This document shows positions 42,283-55,759 of a stretch of DNA of 64,000 nt, piece by piece. Source of the stretch: Octopus vulgaris (taxonomy: Eukaryota); contig OX597815.1 in the NCBI GenBank assembly GCA_951406725.2, positions 200,446,001-200,510,000 of the forward strand, written 5' to 3'. How positions within the stretch are numbered: the first letter of the stretch is position 1; each line of letters opens with the position of its first letter. The notes below the pieces were generated by a model, which had not been told where the DNA came from, did not search any database, and saw only the letters and a program-made list of their open reading frames with translations. Made by a program: the position numbers and the translations under genes.

Positions 42283-42413
42283 ACATATATATATATACAT
42301 ATATATATTTATACATATATATATGTATATATATATATGTATACATATATTATATATATATACATATATGTATATATATATATATATACACTCACACACA
42401 CATACACCCACAT

Positions 42414-42473
<60 letters not shown>

Positions 42474-44521
42474 CCACACACTCGCACACATGTACACATG
42501 TATATAAATATATATACATGTATATGTATATATACATGCATATAAATATTTATATAGACACGTATATATATATCTATATATACATACATATATATGTCAT
42601 AAACAAGACCGCATTCTAAGTGAAAGTTCTCTTGAAATATATAGGTTACACAGATAAAAGATTTCGTACGTATAGCAAAGTATCATTGCATTCTAAAACA
42701 GAGATAGTGCATAGATTAGGTGTGAGTATGTCTCGTTGATGTGTTTGTTGATGTTTCCTTTGTCCTTGTGTTGGTTGTTGGCGTGGCTGTTCTTAATATT
42801 CTTGCGGTTGTGGCCGTTGCTACCTTTGTCATAGTTGTGTTACGGAACATATATTCATATATTGACCCATGCTTACGCAAACATAGAAATATGATAAATG
42901 CTTGAAGCACTTTCTCATGATATTTCTTTCTCGCAAGTATGAGGATTCTCTCCCACTCGATCCTAGTAAATGTCAGATTTGTTTATAGGAAGGTTAGTAC
43001 CAATAAAATGCTTTGTTTTTATAATCCCGAATTTTACTGAACCCCATTTTGTTATCGACACTTTAAGCTGTACTATGTTTGCGCTTCAAAGTTGCTGTCC
43101 ACCTATAAGATGCTATTGGATTTTCATTATATTACTGTATCTTATGAACTAGAATCAATGAAATAGTCGAAACTAATTATGTACTTAAATTGGAGATCCG
43201 TTGGGATTTCGGCAGAAGATTATGCTACGAAGGTAAACACTAAAATAATTTAGAGTAAAAAAAAAAGACCCCAGAAAGATAGGAGAGGAAGAAAGAAGAT
43301 AACAGTGTATAACACGATCTCTTCCTTGGGTAGCAACGGTTAGTTCCTATTTGCTTTCTCCTAGAAATTATGAAAAATGGTTTATAATTCTATTAATATT
43401 TGCTCTTGTTACATTTATTCAAACTCTAATGTATCCCTCTCAACACACGGCTATGATGCTCTCCCCACTACTCCTGCTTTTGATCAGAGATGCATAAATG
43501 GTCAGACTCTAAGGGGAATGCTCAAGTAGTAACGGTCAAGCAACTGACATGCAAATCTGTGGTATTCAGCAAAGATGATGTTTCTGCTTCAGTAACTAAA
43601 CGCTGAATCTGTCTGAAATGTAATGGAAAATAAGTCAGTTTCAAAACATTGATATCCAGGTCGCAAAATGTAAGTTTTAAGGGAATAGTAGTCATTGCCT
43701 TTGATTTCTAGATAGAACGAAATAGGAAAAAACACCTACTGGCAAAAACTAAATAAATAAATATAAATATGAATTCTGTTGCACTGTGTAATCTAAAGCT
43801 TGCCTAGTTATTAAGCTCTCTATTATTTTTATTAGTCGTCGAAGAGTCGAGTTAAACTAGGCTTACACGTAACGCGTCCAAATGTACCATTTAGTTTGGA
43901 GTGGCTAAATTGTCCCTCTTAAATCTCGATAACTTCACTGGCTATCATCAGCGTAGTAGTATCCATTATTGCTAATAGTTGGGTGGGGATTGATTAATGT
44001 TTTACACCATTATTAATTATTATCTTTCTATTTTGACATAGACAAATTGTACTGGCCTTATTTTTCTCACATCATTTATGAACGTAATTATAGAGAAAGG
44101 AATCCCTTCTTACCACAGATTCGTTTTTCGTTCCGAACTAATATGACTATTCCTACGTATGTTTCAGAACTATTGTACTCACTAATTTTTATTACCGCCT
44201 TTTGATAAATGTTTTTTATGTGCCGCCTTTGATAGATTTTATCGATGAATTGTCGAATGTTTCCAGGTAAAGAGGGTGTAAAACGAAATCTAAATAAACT
44301 GTAGTCCACTTGAATCTATGCAAACCTTTTAAAACAGTGGATCATGAAAAGGCTTTCCACAGTGCAAATGGTATTGGTCCTCTTATCAGAGTCACAGATT
44401 TTTCATGTGTATTTGTATCTGCTTTATGGTCAGGTTGCTTTAGAATCTCTGAGAATCTTAAGTTCGCTTGATACTCTTTGTGACTGGAAATCTTACTGGT
44501 TGTGACAGCAGATCTAGTTCC

Positions 44522-44832
44522 ATTTTGTCTTGCTCCTTCTCGAGCTATGCACGGTTCATGAGGGCCGGTTTCCCGGTTTCCTTGGCACATAGGTCCTCCA
44601 CTTGGACGGGAAGCCGGTCCGTCGCCGCAGGTGAGCTGCTAGATGCAGGAGGAAAGAGTGAGAGAAAGTTGTGGCGAAAGAGTCAGCAGAAGTTCGCCTT
44701 TATCTTCTGCCGGAGTCGCGTGGAGCTTAGGTGTTTCGCTCATAAACACAAACATCGCCCGGTCTGAGACTCGAACCCGCGATCCCACGACCGCGAGTCC
44801 TCTGCTCTAACCACTAGGCCATGTGCATCCAC
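44522..44832 (-). mobile_element. Family B SINE (tail type 2), full length with TSD
   Basis: tRNA-like head GTGGATGCACATGGCCTAGTGGTTAGAGCAG...GGTTCGAGTCTC; TSD AGATCTAGTTCC at 44510-44521 and 44833-44844. Confidence 0.9.
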
Positions 44833-45619
44833 AGATCTAGTTCCGTCATATATCACGTGCTCCTTTCCATTAAAATTACATTACATTGTGTCTCGACATC
44901 TTCCATTTCCACACACTTCAATACTGAAATTCTTCTTGACGCTGTCGACGGTATTTCTGAAGCAACGAAGGCGTCTCAAAGAAGAAGGTAATACTCTTTT
45001 ATTCTTTCCAGAAACTGTTCGAGTCAGTTTGTGGTCTGTACTGATGCAGTTCCTCGGAAAACCCTCACATTTTTGGCAAGCAAGATATTTTGAAACCCTG
45101 GTAAAAATGAACTTTGCAATCTGCATGTAGATATAAGGTTATGGAAATATATTGCAACAGTTTCCCTAATAACATTCGACTCCTTCCAGAGAGAGTTCAT
45201 TTTCTTTCTTTCAAATATCGATTCCAATATAGATCGATGGTTTTCCACACTATCTTTTCAACTCCTTAACATGTCTATTGTGGCGTCAAATGTTCTTGTG
45301 TTTTTATCTTTCCTAATGAGATGTAAAGAATTCGTTATTATAGTAACTATAATGGCTTCAATTTCTACCTGTGCGTATAAGGATTGAGGATGAAGCGTCA
45401 CTGATGATTTAAACGACGCTAGTTTTAGAAATTGTTATCTCTTCATTCTGTACATTCAGCACTACCAATGCAAATTTTCACAACATCAAAAGTATCAAAG
45501 TATTCAAAGGAAATAAAATTTCCAAAGTGATTATATATTTCATAGTTATCTATAAACCTTCAATCAGCTACATAATAGTGGAATTTTCACGTTTATTATA
45601 TTACAACGATCATCAAATT

Positions 45620-46254
45620 ACGCTTTTCATCCTTCCGGGTTCGATAAAACATGTACCAGTGAATACTGTGGTCGATTTAATCGACGTACTCCTCTCCTGA
45701 AATTACTGGCCCTGTGCCAAAATTTGAAACCATTACTACAACTAAGGCATCGAGATGGCAAAATCGTTACTACATTGGACAGAATATAAGCGGCATTTTG
45801 TCTGTCTTTACTTTCTGAGTTCTTATGGCACCAAAATCGACTTTGACTTTCATTTTTCTGGGTCGATAAAAACGGTTAAATACTGCGGTCAACGTAATCG
45901 ACCTCACGTGTCCCTTAAAAACTGCTGACCTTAAAAAAGCTATTATTACAGTGACCATTGTTATCATTGTCCTAAATATATTTGTAGATATAATTTTGAT
46001 CATAATTATATCTACAAATATATTAAGGCGGCGAGCTGGCAGAGACGTTAGCCCGCAGGACGAAGTGCTTCGCGGTATTTCGCCCGTCGCTACGTTCTGA
46101 GTTCAATTTCCGCCAAGGTCGACTTTGCCTTTCATCCTTACGGGGTCGATTAAATAAGCGCCAGTTATGCATTGGGGTCGATATAATCGACTTAATCCGT
46201 TTGTCTGTCCTTGTTTGTCCCCTCTATGTTTAGCCCCTTGTGGGTAATAAAGAA
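45620..46254 (+). mobile_element. Cluster of three family C SINE copies (45620-45735, 45743-45935, 46024-46254)
   Basis: Repeated TTTCAT...GTCGAT core; AAGGC...GAG.TGGCA.A heads on the last two copies. Confidence 0.8.
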
Positions 46255-48829
46255 ACATATATGATTTTCATCATAATCATATCCTGCCTCTTCATTAGGA
46301 TCATTATTATGTATAACATCTGTATTATTAGCAAAATCATGGCTAAGCTTTTTTTTAAAATTTATTATCTTCATCGTATATATAATTTATCTACATACAC
46401 CATTTTAATCATCGTCATAAATACATTGTCACTATCATCTTCAGTGCCAGCGAAAGATTTTATTCCTTCCCCTTCCTCCTTACATCCTCTCCTTCTCTTC
46501 ATCCTCCTCATCTTCATCTTCCTTATCCTTATCATCATCACGACCACCAATATCACTAGCACCATCATAACCAGAAACGCATCAATAACAATATCCAGAA
46601 TCCAACCATCGTTCTTCTCTCTAATTACCCTTCGCCGTCCTTATGATAATACTTATAAACATTATTTCCCCTTATCTATCAATACTGACTTTATTCTTTT
46701 CATTCCTCAGAATTACGAAATCTCTACAACATACGTTTTCCAGGAACTATTAAACATATTCGTTTACATCGTTTTATATCAACAACATTATCACTATGAA
46801 CATTATTAGCATCATTATCGCCATCATGGTCGTATTCGAAAATCGTTGTGTTCCTCAACCTCACCACCACCACCACCATCACCATCGTCGTTACGATCAC
46901 CGTCATAATCATAAATCCACATTAGCCATAATACTTTAACACAAATGAAAACAAGTAATTTGTTTTGAGCAAAGATAACTTCTTACTTTGTGCTTTCTCT
47001 TCCTCCCTTATTTTAAAACTGAGATTTTCCTTACAGCATTAATCTTAGCAAAATCTATTGCATTGTTCCTAATACAATGGATTTTACGTACAATTCAGGA
47101 TGTATATAATAATATAGAGTCAACATTACGGATTAAATGGGATTACCATCACTAATCTACGAGACATAGTAACCGAAAACTTCTGAATGTCATAAAATCT
47201 CAAAAGATCCGGAATGTATCAAATGTTTAGAAATGTTTACAAAAGATTTCATTGTTACCGTTGAAGATGTAGAGTTTAATGAATGTGAATAGATGAACAA
47301 CAGAAAATGTTCGATCATTTATTTACACGTGAAGCTTTTACATAGGAAAACACTAATACGTATGTATCTATGTAATGTGAATGTGGTGTGGAAGTGTATG
47401 CAGAGAGACAGAGTACAGAGAGATAGGCATATATAGATTGGTGCACACAGACATGTTTACGTTTTCCACTTTATGAAGAAAAAAGAAAGTGCTGAATAGA
47501 TATTACAGTGCTTATTATTTAACGTCTTTTTTTGATTTGTGTTTTTTTCTTTTAGATTTTATCTCGGCTCAAACGACACAAATCGGGGTCCTCAAGCGAA
47601 ACTTTCCTGTTCCCCTTCATTTTATATATATTGAAACGAGTGGTTATCTTTCTCATTTGCAGTTACCTAATTCACTGTTATACACACACAAATACGTACA
47701 CACATGTACGCACGCATACACACACATATACACACACACAAACACACACACATATGCACTCACAAACACAAATACACACGTACACACGTACACAGTCACT
47801 CAGACACACAAACACACAAATATACACACGCAACACACGTTTCATGTTTCTATGCGGCATGGCCTGTCACTGTTTTCATTATTTGTTGGTTTGTAAAATC
47901 ATTTTATTCTTTTGTTTTTGTAGGGTGTTGTCTATGGTTTTCAACACAACATTTACGCTTTGTCTTCACTTGTGGGCTTTACGAATTGTTAATTTAAGCG
48001 TGGTTTTCCTTTTATACAAATTTTTGGTTTTTGAAATTCGCTTCAGTATGTGATTTGTCACTGTTTATTTCCTTGTTTTGGTTCGCATATCATATCTCTT
48101 GATTATTTCTTTTCTAGCCACTTTAAATGCACCGTTTTCAATAGCCGTCTCGCTTTTTTTATGGTTAGTATTCATTGCTTCTGAGTGATATTGTTTCTTA
48201 TACACCGTTTATCTCACGCCAAAATGGGTGATATTTATTCTGGTTAGATATTTTGCTATTTGATTTGCTGAAGTCGTTCCATGTATTATTGTAGTTCAGT
48301 GGTTAGCATCGACGCTTCAGAGCTTTCGTATCAAGTTATTGATGAAATTTTCTTTTCAGTGATTGTAAATTTCTTTCTGTATATGTATACAAACAAACAA
48401 GATGTCCGTATACACGCCATCGTCAACTGTGTGCGAATGTATTTATTTCACGTAAAAAGACAACGCAGAGATTCAAAATCTCAACCAAGAAATGGATTAC
48501 TTTTGCAAAAGAAAGGCAGTTAAAGGCTACCCGGTATATTGACATCTATTTGCAGTTGAATACCTGACTACTTAACTCTACTGGAAAAATGTTGCACAAA
48601 TGAAACGGATATTTGTCGTCGGGTCCCAATACAGTTATAATACATAAGATTTCAAGCATATTTTTGTCATCTGAATAGCAACATTCACTGAATGTCCAAC
48701 ACTACCACGTTATTGTAATAGCTTCGGATGTATATCACGATGAAATACAAAAGCCTTTTGAGATATAAAGAGATATATTTAAGTTTTGCGTTGATTTGCT
48801 TTGGTGAGACTGGGACGGCCTAATCTGCT

Positions 48830-49300
48830 ATGAAGTGCGAGAAAACACATCACGCAAACAATGCAGAACTTAACCTTCACAAAATTTACCGGCTCAATAA
48901 GGTAGTCCAGCGGAGACGAACCGACCGACGGCACGACAACGCTCGTCTCCACGACACAAATTTGACAAACAATCTCTCTAATCAAGATCCTTGTTGCAAA
49001 GTTTTATGTTGCTTCCGGTATTACCGTGATATAGCGCATTTTTGGGTTGCTGTCCCACATTCTACATGAATTTTCATTTAACTGCCTAGTTAGGCTGAAA
49101 ACGTGCCTCGATAAATTCTTCGAATAAAAGACCTAGTGGTTTCTACCATCAAGGCATTTGCGATCTTGTGGAACGGTGGCAAGAAATCGTGAACAATGAA
49201 GGAGAATATATTATTGATTGATTTCTTAAATATTTGATGAAAAATAAGGAATAAAATAAATGGGCATAAAATGAGCGAATTTATTTCACCCCCACGCCAT
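48830..49300 (+). mobile_element. Mariner transposase C-terminal relic
   Basis: RRHDNARLH, then FYHQGICDLVERWQEIVNNEGEYIID* followed by a TIR-like end. Confidence 0.75.
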
Positions 49301-49464
49301 CCACTGACAGATCTTTGAAAAAGATTGACCAAGTCTAGTACCCGAAATACGCTTTTAGATTTCTTGAAACTTGACGGAATGATCTACTTGTATCCAACAA
49401 TTATTTAAGTTGTATAATTGCAGAGAAAGGTGTCTCAAAATCAGCTGCAACAATTGAAAACACA

Positions 49465-49637
49465 CGGATTAAGTCGATAATATCGACCCCAGTGCGTAAT
49501 TGGTACTTAATTTATCGACCCAGAAAGGATGTAAGGCAAAGTCGACCTCGGCGGAATTTGAACTCAGAACATAACGGCAGACGAAATACGGCTACGCATT
49601 TCGCCTGGCGTGCTAACGTTTCTGCCAGCTCGTCGCT
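49465..49637 (-). mobile_element. SINE family C copy
   Basis: Aligns with 12061-12235. Confidence 0.85.
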
Positions 49638-49759
49638 TTCTGATTCGTTTTTATTAGGGTATCACAGTTTCCCTGCTTTATTTGTTGAAATATGGAAGGA
49701 GCTACTTCCATACAAAATACAATTTTTTTACCCATAACATCGTATGCTACTTTTGTAGA

Positions 49760-50425
49760 TTTACTTAATTTCGGCTTACGGATATACTTTCAAGTTTTTC
49801 ATGTACAATGGTAATATCACTTCCAGTACCTAACTGCATTTTAACTCTTCACATTTACACATTTCCAGTTTCTTTCGGCGACATCATGTTTATCCTTTTT
49901 TATTTGCCCCAATGTTTTATGAGTTTAGTTTTACACTGCACTTTTGCGTGTCCAATTCTTGCACAACGGAAGCTTTCTTGAATGGGCAGTTTTTTCGCAG
50001 GTGTAAACTTCTACATACAAAACATGGATCTGTTCCTGAATTTTGTCCTGTTTGTACTGTATTTTAGTATACACTTGATTTCTATTCTACCTGTTTCGCA
50101 CTTGTTTCACTTGGGAGCTATCTTTATGTTCAATTTTCTTTGTGTTGTTTCTTAAACTTACTTATCTTTCACACTGTTCTAACACTTTTTGTAGGGTTGC
50201 AGCTTGGTTTTGTTCTAGCTTAGCCAAAATTCTTATTCTTATTTCTGCATAATTTTCTACAGTTACTCCCTGATTAAACAACGGACAATTGAACATATCT
50301 GGCGTTAATTCGCCCAGTTTGAACACTTTACATTCCCTGTTAAATCTACCAGCATATGTGATGTAGTCCTCATTCTTCCTTTCTATGTTCAAGCATCTTT
50401 AGCGTGTATTGAAAAATGAGCTTTT
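49760..50425 (-). mobile_element. Ty3/Gypsy LTR retrotransposon gag-protease relic
   Basis: EDYITYAGRFNRECKVFKLGELTPDMFNC...AEIRIRILAKLEQ, zinc knuckle CFVCRSLHLRKNC, protease-like MQLGTGSDITIV. Confidence 0.75.
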
Positions 50426-50525
50426 NNNNNNNNNNNNNNNNNNNNNNNNNNNNNNNNNNNNNNNNNNNNNNNNNNNNNNNNNNNNNNNNNNNNNNNNNNN
50501 NNNNNNNNNNNNNNNNNNNNNNNNN
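50426..50525. other. Assembly gap (100 N)
   Basis: Run of N. Confidence 1.
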
Positions 50526-52963
50526 GGCTGAATGCCTTCCCAGAGAGCCATGAACTGCTAACAGAACTGTACAATGATGTTTTGCAACACCCTAGTAGGA
50601 TGCCTCCTTGGCTAGTTAATGGGTTAACATTCCTGCTTCCAAAAGTGAAGAAACAAATGAACCAAAAAACTATAGACCCATAACCTGCTTAACAACTATG
50701 TACAAAACACTAACATCTGTCCTGACGGAATATACCTATAGTTTTTTAACAGACAGCAGCATATTCCCTAATGAACAGAAAGGATGTAAACGTGGATCCT
50801 ACGGCTGTAAAGACCAACTACTCATCAATAAGATGATCTTAGAAAATTGTCACAAACGACACAAAAACTTATCAATAGCCTGGATAGACTATAAAAAGGC
50901 TTTTGATAGCCTACCACATAGCTGGATTAGGAAATGCCTTGAAATGTATAAGATAGCACCAACTCTGCGAAACTTCTTGACTGTAAGTATGAGATCATGG
51001 AGAACCACACTAAATCTGAACAGTGACAGTGAATCCCTAAATGCTGGTGATGTAAAAATTTCGTGTGGCATTTTCCAGGGTGACTCACTGTCACCACTCC
51101 TCTTTTGTTTATCCTTAATACCTCTCTCAAAGCTGCTCAATGATGCGCAGTACGGGTATAAAATGTTTGATAAAAATATAAATCATCTCGTTTACATGGA
51201 TGATTTAAAGCTTTTTGCAAAAAATGATCAACAACTCAAGGGCCTACTAGCGATAGTCAAACAATTCAGTGACGACATCAGAATGCAATTCGGCCTCGAT
51301 AAATGTGCAAAGGCTACCTTTATCAAAGGAAAAATGACAGAAACATCTAACGTTAACCTTGACCAACAGAATGTCATAAAAGAACTAGACCCAGCGGAGA
51401 GCTACAAGTACCTAGGGATAATTGAAGGGAACGGAATAAGGCATTCAGAGATGAAGGAAAGGATCAGGAGAGAATGCTATCGAAGAGTGAGAGCAATACT
51501 CAAGACAGAGCTGAATGCAAGAAACAGGATCGAAGCAATCAATGCATTAGCTATACCAGTCGTGACTTACAGTTTCAATATTGTTAACTGGTCAATTACT
51601 GAAATATGTCAGCTCGACAGAAAAATAAGGAAACTGTTGACAATGCATAGAATGCACCACCCTAAGGCAGATACAGAACGACTCTATCTGCCAAGAAAAG
51701 AGGGAGGCCGTGGTCTTTTGCAACTGGCAATAACAATGAAGATTGCTACAATTGGCCTAGACACCTACCTGAAAAACTCTGAGGACTGGATGCTAAAACT
51801 TGTCTCAAAACATGAAAACAAGAAAGCATCATACTCAGTCACAAAACAGGCAAAGGAATATCTAAGTGAATTCCGAATACAACCAATTTCGGAATTAGAG
51901 ATAGATATACAAGAAACAAGCACAGAAAAAGCTAGGCGCATGAAAACCCGTGCCAAAACTGCGGCCTTAGATATTCTGAATAATAAATGGCAAGAAAAAC
52001 CTCTCTATGGCAAATACCCAAAGAGAGCGAATAATGCAGATATCGACAAAGCCCTGACCCATCAATGGCTAATGGCCTCTGGCTTAAAATCTGAAACAGA
52101 GGGGTTTATCATAGCAGCTCAAGATCAATGCCTACCAACAAGAAACTACCAGGCCAACATATTAAAGATCAGAAGCAGTCCAACGTGTCGTGTATGCAAG
52201 CAACAAAATGAAACCATTGACCATGTGGTCTCCAAGTGCAGTCTTCTAGCGCCTACAGAGTATCTCAACAGGCACGATAGAGCTGCACAATATATTCACT
52301 GGGTAATCTGTAAAAACCTGGATTTGCCCCATGAAAAAAACTGGTGGGAACACAAACCACCCCCAGTGCTTGAAAATGACCACATCTCACTCCTCTGGAA
52401 CTTCACCATTCAAACTGACAGGAAGATAGATGCAAATAGGCCAGACATCATATTGAAAAACTTCAAACAAAGAACATGCCTCCTCATTGATATGACTGTC
52501 CCAATTGATATAAACGTATCTGTCAAGACCTACCAAAAACTGAGCAAATATAAAGATCTTGAAATAGAAATCAGCAAAATGTGGAAGCTGAAGACTAAAA
52601 CAATACCTGTTGTCATAGGTGCCCTGGGAATGATAGCAAAAGGGGCTGATAGCTACCTAACTCAGATACCAGGAAACCCAAAAATGGCAGAAGTTCAAAA
52701 GATAGTGCTCATGGGAACTGCTCATATCCTACGCAAAATACTCTCTATGTAATCTCAAAGTTTAAAACAAACATAATTTTCGGTTAAAAAAAAAAAAAAA
52801 AAACTTTTTTTTTTTAGACATTCATTAGTACAACATCCCCCCCCCCAAATATATGGCACACTAGGCATAACAACAACATGAACTTCCAACCCTATTGTCT
52901 CTTGAGGTCTCTGGGTGAGACTTGGAGCCAACTTGTACAAATATAAAGCAAAAGTCAAACATA

Positions 52964-52964
<1 letters not shown>
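50526..52964 (+). mobile_element. R4/Dong-clade non-LTR retrotransposon (5' part lost at gap) ending in (TAA)n
   Basis: RT-RLE ORF, ~210-bp 3' UTR, then a pure (AAT)n tract 52965-53052. Confidence 0.9.
50698..52752 (+). CDS. Reverse transcriptase + CCHC zinc knuckle + restriction-like endonuclease (partial ORF)
   Basis: IDYKKAFDS, GIFQGDSLSPLLF, YMDDLKL, YKYLG, CRVC-x8-HVVSKC, RHD, RPDII, IDMTVP, KLSKY; coding continues upstream across a 1-bp frameshift near 50642. Confidence 0.92.
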   Translation: MYKTLTSVLTEYTYSFLTDSSIFPNEQKGCKRGSYGCKDQLLINKMILENCHKRHKNLSIAWIDYKKAFDSLPHSWIRKCLEMYKIAPTLRNFLTVSMRSWRTTLNLNSDSESLNAGDVKISCGIFQGDSLSPLLFCLSLIPLSKLLNDAQYGYKMFDKNINHLVYMDDLKLFAKNDQQLKGLLAIVKQFSDDIRMQFGLDKCAKATFIKGKMTETSNVNLDQQNVIKELDPAESYKYLGIIEGNGIRHSEMKERIRRECYRRVRAILKTELNARNRIEAINALAIPVVTYSFNIVNWSITEICQLDRKIRKLLTMHRMHHPKADTERLYLPRKEGGRGLLQLAITMKIATIGLDTYLKNSEDWMLKLVSKHENKKASYSVTKQAKEYLSEFRIQPISELEIDIQETSTEKARRMKTRAKTAALDILNNKWQEKPLYGKYPKRANNADIDKALTHQWLMASGLKSETEGFIIAAQDQCLPTRNYQANILKIRSSPTCRVCKQQNETIDHVVSKCSLLAPTEYLNRHDRAAQYIHWVICKNLDLPHEKNWWEHKPPPVLENDHISLLWNFTIQTDRKIDANRPDIILKNFKQRTCLLIDMTVPIDINVSVKTYQKLSKYKDLEIEISKMWKLKTKTIPVVIGALGMIAKGADSYLTQIPGNPKMAEVQKIVLMGTAHILRKILSM

Positions 52965-53052
<88 letters not shown>

Positions 53053-53054
<2 letters not shown>

Positions 53055-53871
53055 CGCTAAAGAAATAGACAAAGAAAAATCCCAGCAATGGTTGAGGAGC
53101 TCAGGACTCAAAGCAGAAACAGAGGGATTTTTAATTGCAGCACAAGACCAAAGCCTCCCCACCAGAAATTACCAAAAACATGTAATGAAAAGAAATATTA
53201 CAAGTAACTGCAGAATATGTGGAGATGGACAAGAAACAATAAATCATATTATCTCTAGCTGCCCAGTCCTGGCTAAGAAGGAATATATTCACAGACATGA
53301 CAGAGTTGGAACCTACATACATTGGAAGCTATGCCAACATTATGGAATAACAACAGAAAAAAGATGGTATAGGCACACACCAGAAAAGTTCACAGAAAAC
53401 GAGAAAGCAACCATACTCTGGGGTATGCCGATACACACAGATAGAGAAATTAAGGCCAACAGACCAGATATAGTTGTCAGAGATCATGAAGAAAATGCTT
53501 TCTAATTGATGTATCAATACCGGCTGATGACAACGTGTCTCTAAAAGAAATGGAGAAACTCTCAGAATACAAAGACCTGGAAATAGAGGTAACTAGAATG
53601 TGGAATCTGAAAACAGAAACAATTCCTATCATAGTAGGTGCATTAGGCATGATAAAAAAATATTCAGACAAATACATAATAAAAACACCAGGACTTACAA
53701 ACACATATAACATACAGAAAATTGCACTACTAGGCACTGCACACATCCTACGCAGAACACTTTCCATACAATAACCATCAGAGCATCACAACAAATCACA
53801 GCACATACCCAAGGCACACAGAGCTGCGCTCGGTAGTGAAGTGAAAGCACGCTATAAAAATAAAACTACTG
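53053..53871 (+). mobile_element. Second, 5'-truncated R4/Dong-type element (CCHC + RLE + distinct 3' UTR)
   Basis: WLRSSGLKAETEGFLIAAQDQ, CRIC...HIISSC, RHD, RPDIV, frameshift near 53492, stop at 53774; bounded by (TAA)n on both sides. Confidence 0.9.
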
Positions 53872-53929
53872 AATAATAATAATAATAATAATAATAATGA
53901 TAATAATAATGATGATAATAATAATAATG

Positions 53930-53975
<46 letters not shown>

Positions 53976-53986
53976 TAATAATGATA

Positions 53987-54017
<31 letters not shown>

Positions 54018-54050
54018 TGATGATGATAATAATAATAATAATAATAATAA

Positions 54051-54211
54051 CAGGAGTGGCTGTGTGGTAAGTAGCTTGTTTACCAACCACATTGTTCCGG
54101 GTTCATTCCCACTGCGTGGCACCTTGGACAAGTGTCTTCTACTATAGCCTCGGGCCGACCAAAGCCTTGTGCGTGGATTTGGTAGACGGAAACTGAAAGA
54201 AGCCCGTCGTA

Positions 54212-54242
<31 letters not shown>

Positions 54243-54471
54243 GCGTGTGTGTGTTTGTGTGTCTGTGTTTGTCCCCTAGCATTGCTTGACAACCGATGCT
54301 GGTGTGTTTACGTCCCCGTTACTTAGCGGTTCGGCAAAAGAGACCGATAGAATTAGTACTGGGCTTACAAAAGAATAAGTCCCGGGGTCGAGTTGCTCGA
54401 TTAAAGGCGGTGCTCCAGCATGGCCGCAGTCAAATGACTGAAACAAGTAAAAAAGTAAAGAGTAAGAGTAA
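54051..54471 (+). mobile_element. Family A SINE, full length
   Basis: A box TGGCTGTGTGG, B box GGTTCATTCCC, tail GGCGGTGCTCCAGCATGGCCGCAGTCAAATGACTGAAAC. Confidence 0.9.
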
Positions 54472-54741
54472 ACATGGGTGTTTCGTTCAACATCCTTAAA
54501 CAACCCTTATTCAAGAACCTTTTGAGCGGGATGGGTAACTCGACCAGAAAAAATTCTAACTGGGCCCCACCTGCAAAGTCATGTGCTGTTTATCTTGATA
54601 TGAGATCACCATGTCGCGCACATATGGTTGTGATGCATGTGCCTATTGTAACCTTATCAGACGAGTGGTCATGATGGATATACTGGGCTTCGTATACTTT
54701 ACCCCAGTGTCACTTTGATGACATGCACTGCTCTCTCACTC
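54472..54741 (+). mobile_element. 3' end of a (TAA)n-tailed retroelement
   Basis: Last ~170 bp duplicated at 58938-59108; both copies end CTCTCTCACTC-(AAT)n. Confidence 0.7.
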
Positions 54742-54787
54742 AATAATAATAATAATGACAATAATAATAATAACAATAATAATAATA

Positions 54788-55700
54788 TCACCTCGAAAAG
54801 ATGAGTAGCTACATCTCTTTCAAAAAAAATAGTATTGTCTTTCAAGTCGCAGAAGGAGAGCAGATCAGATAGTGTAGTTCTGTATGCAGGGAATTGGTAC
54901 CACCTCTGCCTTCCATAAGCTTGTATAACCACCGCGATTTTAGGAGGTCTGCGGCAAGTTACACAGAGCGAACTTGGCCTGCAACAAAGAGCTGGTGTTG
55001 TATCTGAGGTCACCCTTTACATAAAAGTCTCAAATAAACATACCCCGTGTGCAAACACTGTAACACGTCATTCTCATTCTTTGCAATGATACACAACAAT
55101 TTCAAATCGAAATATCGACACGGACGAGAAGAATGCCATAGACGTCCGAGATCCCTGATCTCTAGTGCCCAGCAGAGACCCCACAGAGGGCAATAGAGTG
55201 GAAGACCAGACTCCACACAGTCGTAATCATTTGATATGAACAACACGGTAATCCAGTGCCGTGTAAAAGACATGCTAGACAAGGACAATGGAAAATGTAA
55301 AGACGTGGATAAAACCATTAGAATTTTTGAACCATCTGATTATGTTCCAGATTATTGAAAATGGACTCGTGAATCATACAAGAATAGTTCTGTATAAAGG
55401 CTTCCTTAATGAGGTCCAGATTAATACAATCGGGAAAACCTCCGTAGTGATGATAACTTCGAGGAGAATAATGAGGATCAGCGAATGTGCAAGCAAGATG
55501 AACTTGTAGTAGAGGAGAGGCCACTCATTCCATATAACGTAGAAAAAGAAGTGAACAATCAACAGCAATATGTAACTGGTTGAGGACGAAATACAATCTA
55601 ATATTGACGCAATTTGAAAAGAGATGAAGCATATCAAAAACCATGCTGTCTTATGCACCAATGGTCCCTGTCTCATCAGTATTCCTTATAATAGTGAGTG
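54788..55700 (+). mobile_element. Possible degenerate 5' portion of an R4/Dong-type element
   Basis: Begins right after (TAA)n; IIENGLVNHTRIVLYKGFLNEVQINTI resembles the recalled R4-clade N-terminal motif EQ.L.DQ.R.I...G.LS..EI. Confidence 0.4.
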
Positions 55701-55759
55701 CAGCATAAACTGAGCAGCAACAAACTGTCTTGGAATGATATGACTGGATGCATGATGTT

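Noticed and set aside
47900-48450. Possible Penelope RT relic on the minus strand; similarly weak Tc1-like traces at 32950-33900 and 41050-41340
   Set aside because: Motifs too decayed to support without a profile search
50162-50698. Apparent junction of a Gypsy gag relic with the RT-RLE ORF as one element
   Set aside because: Opposite strands, different TE classes, and separated by an assembly gap
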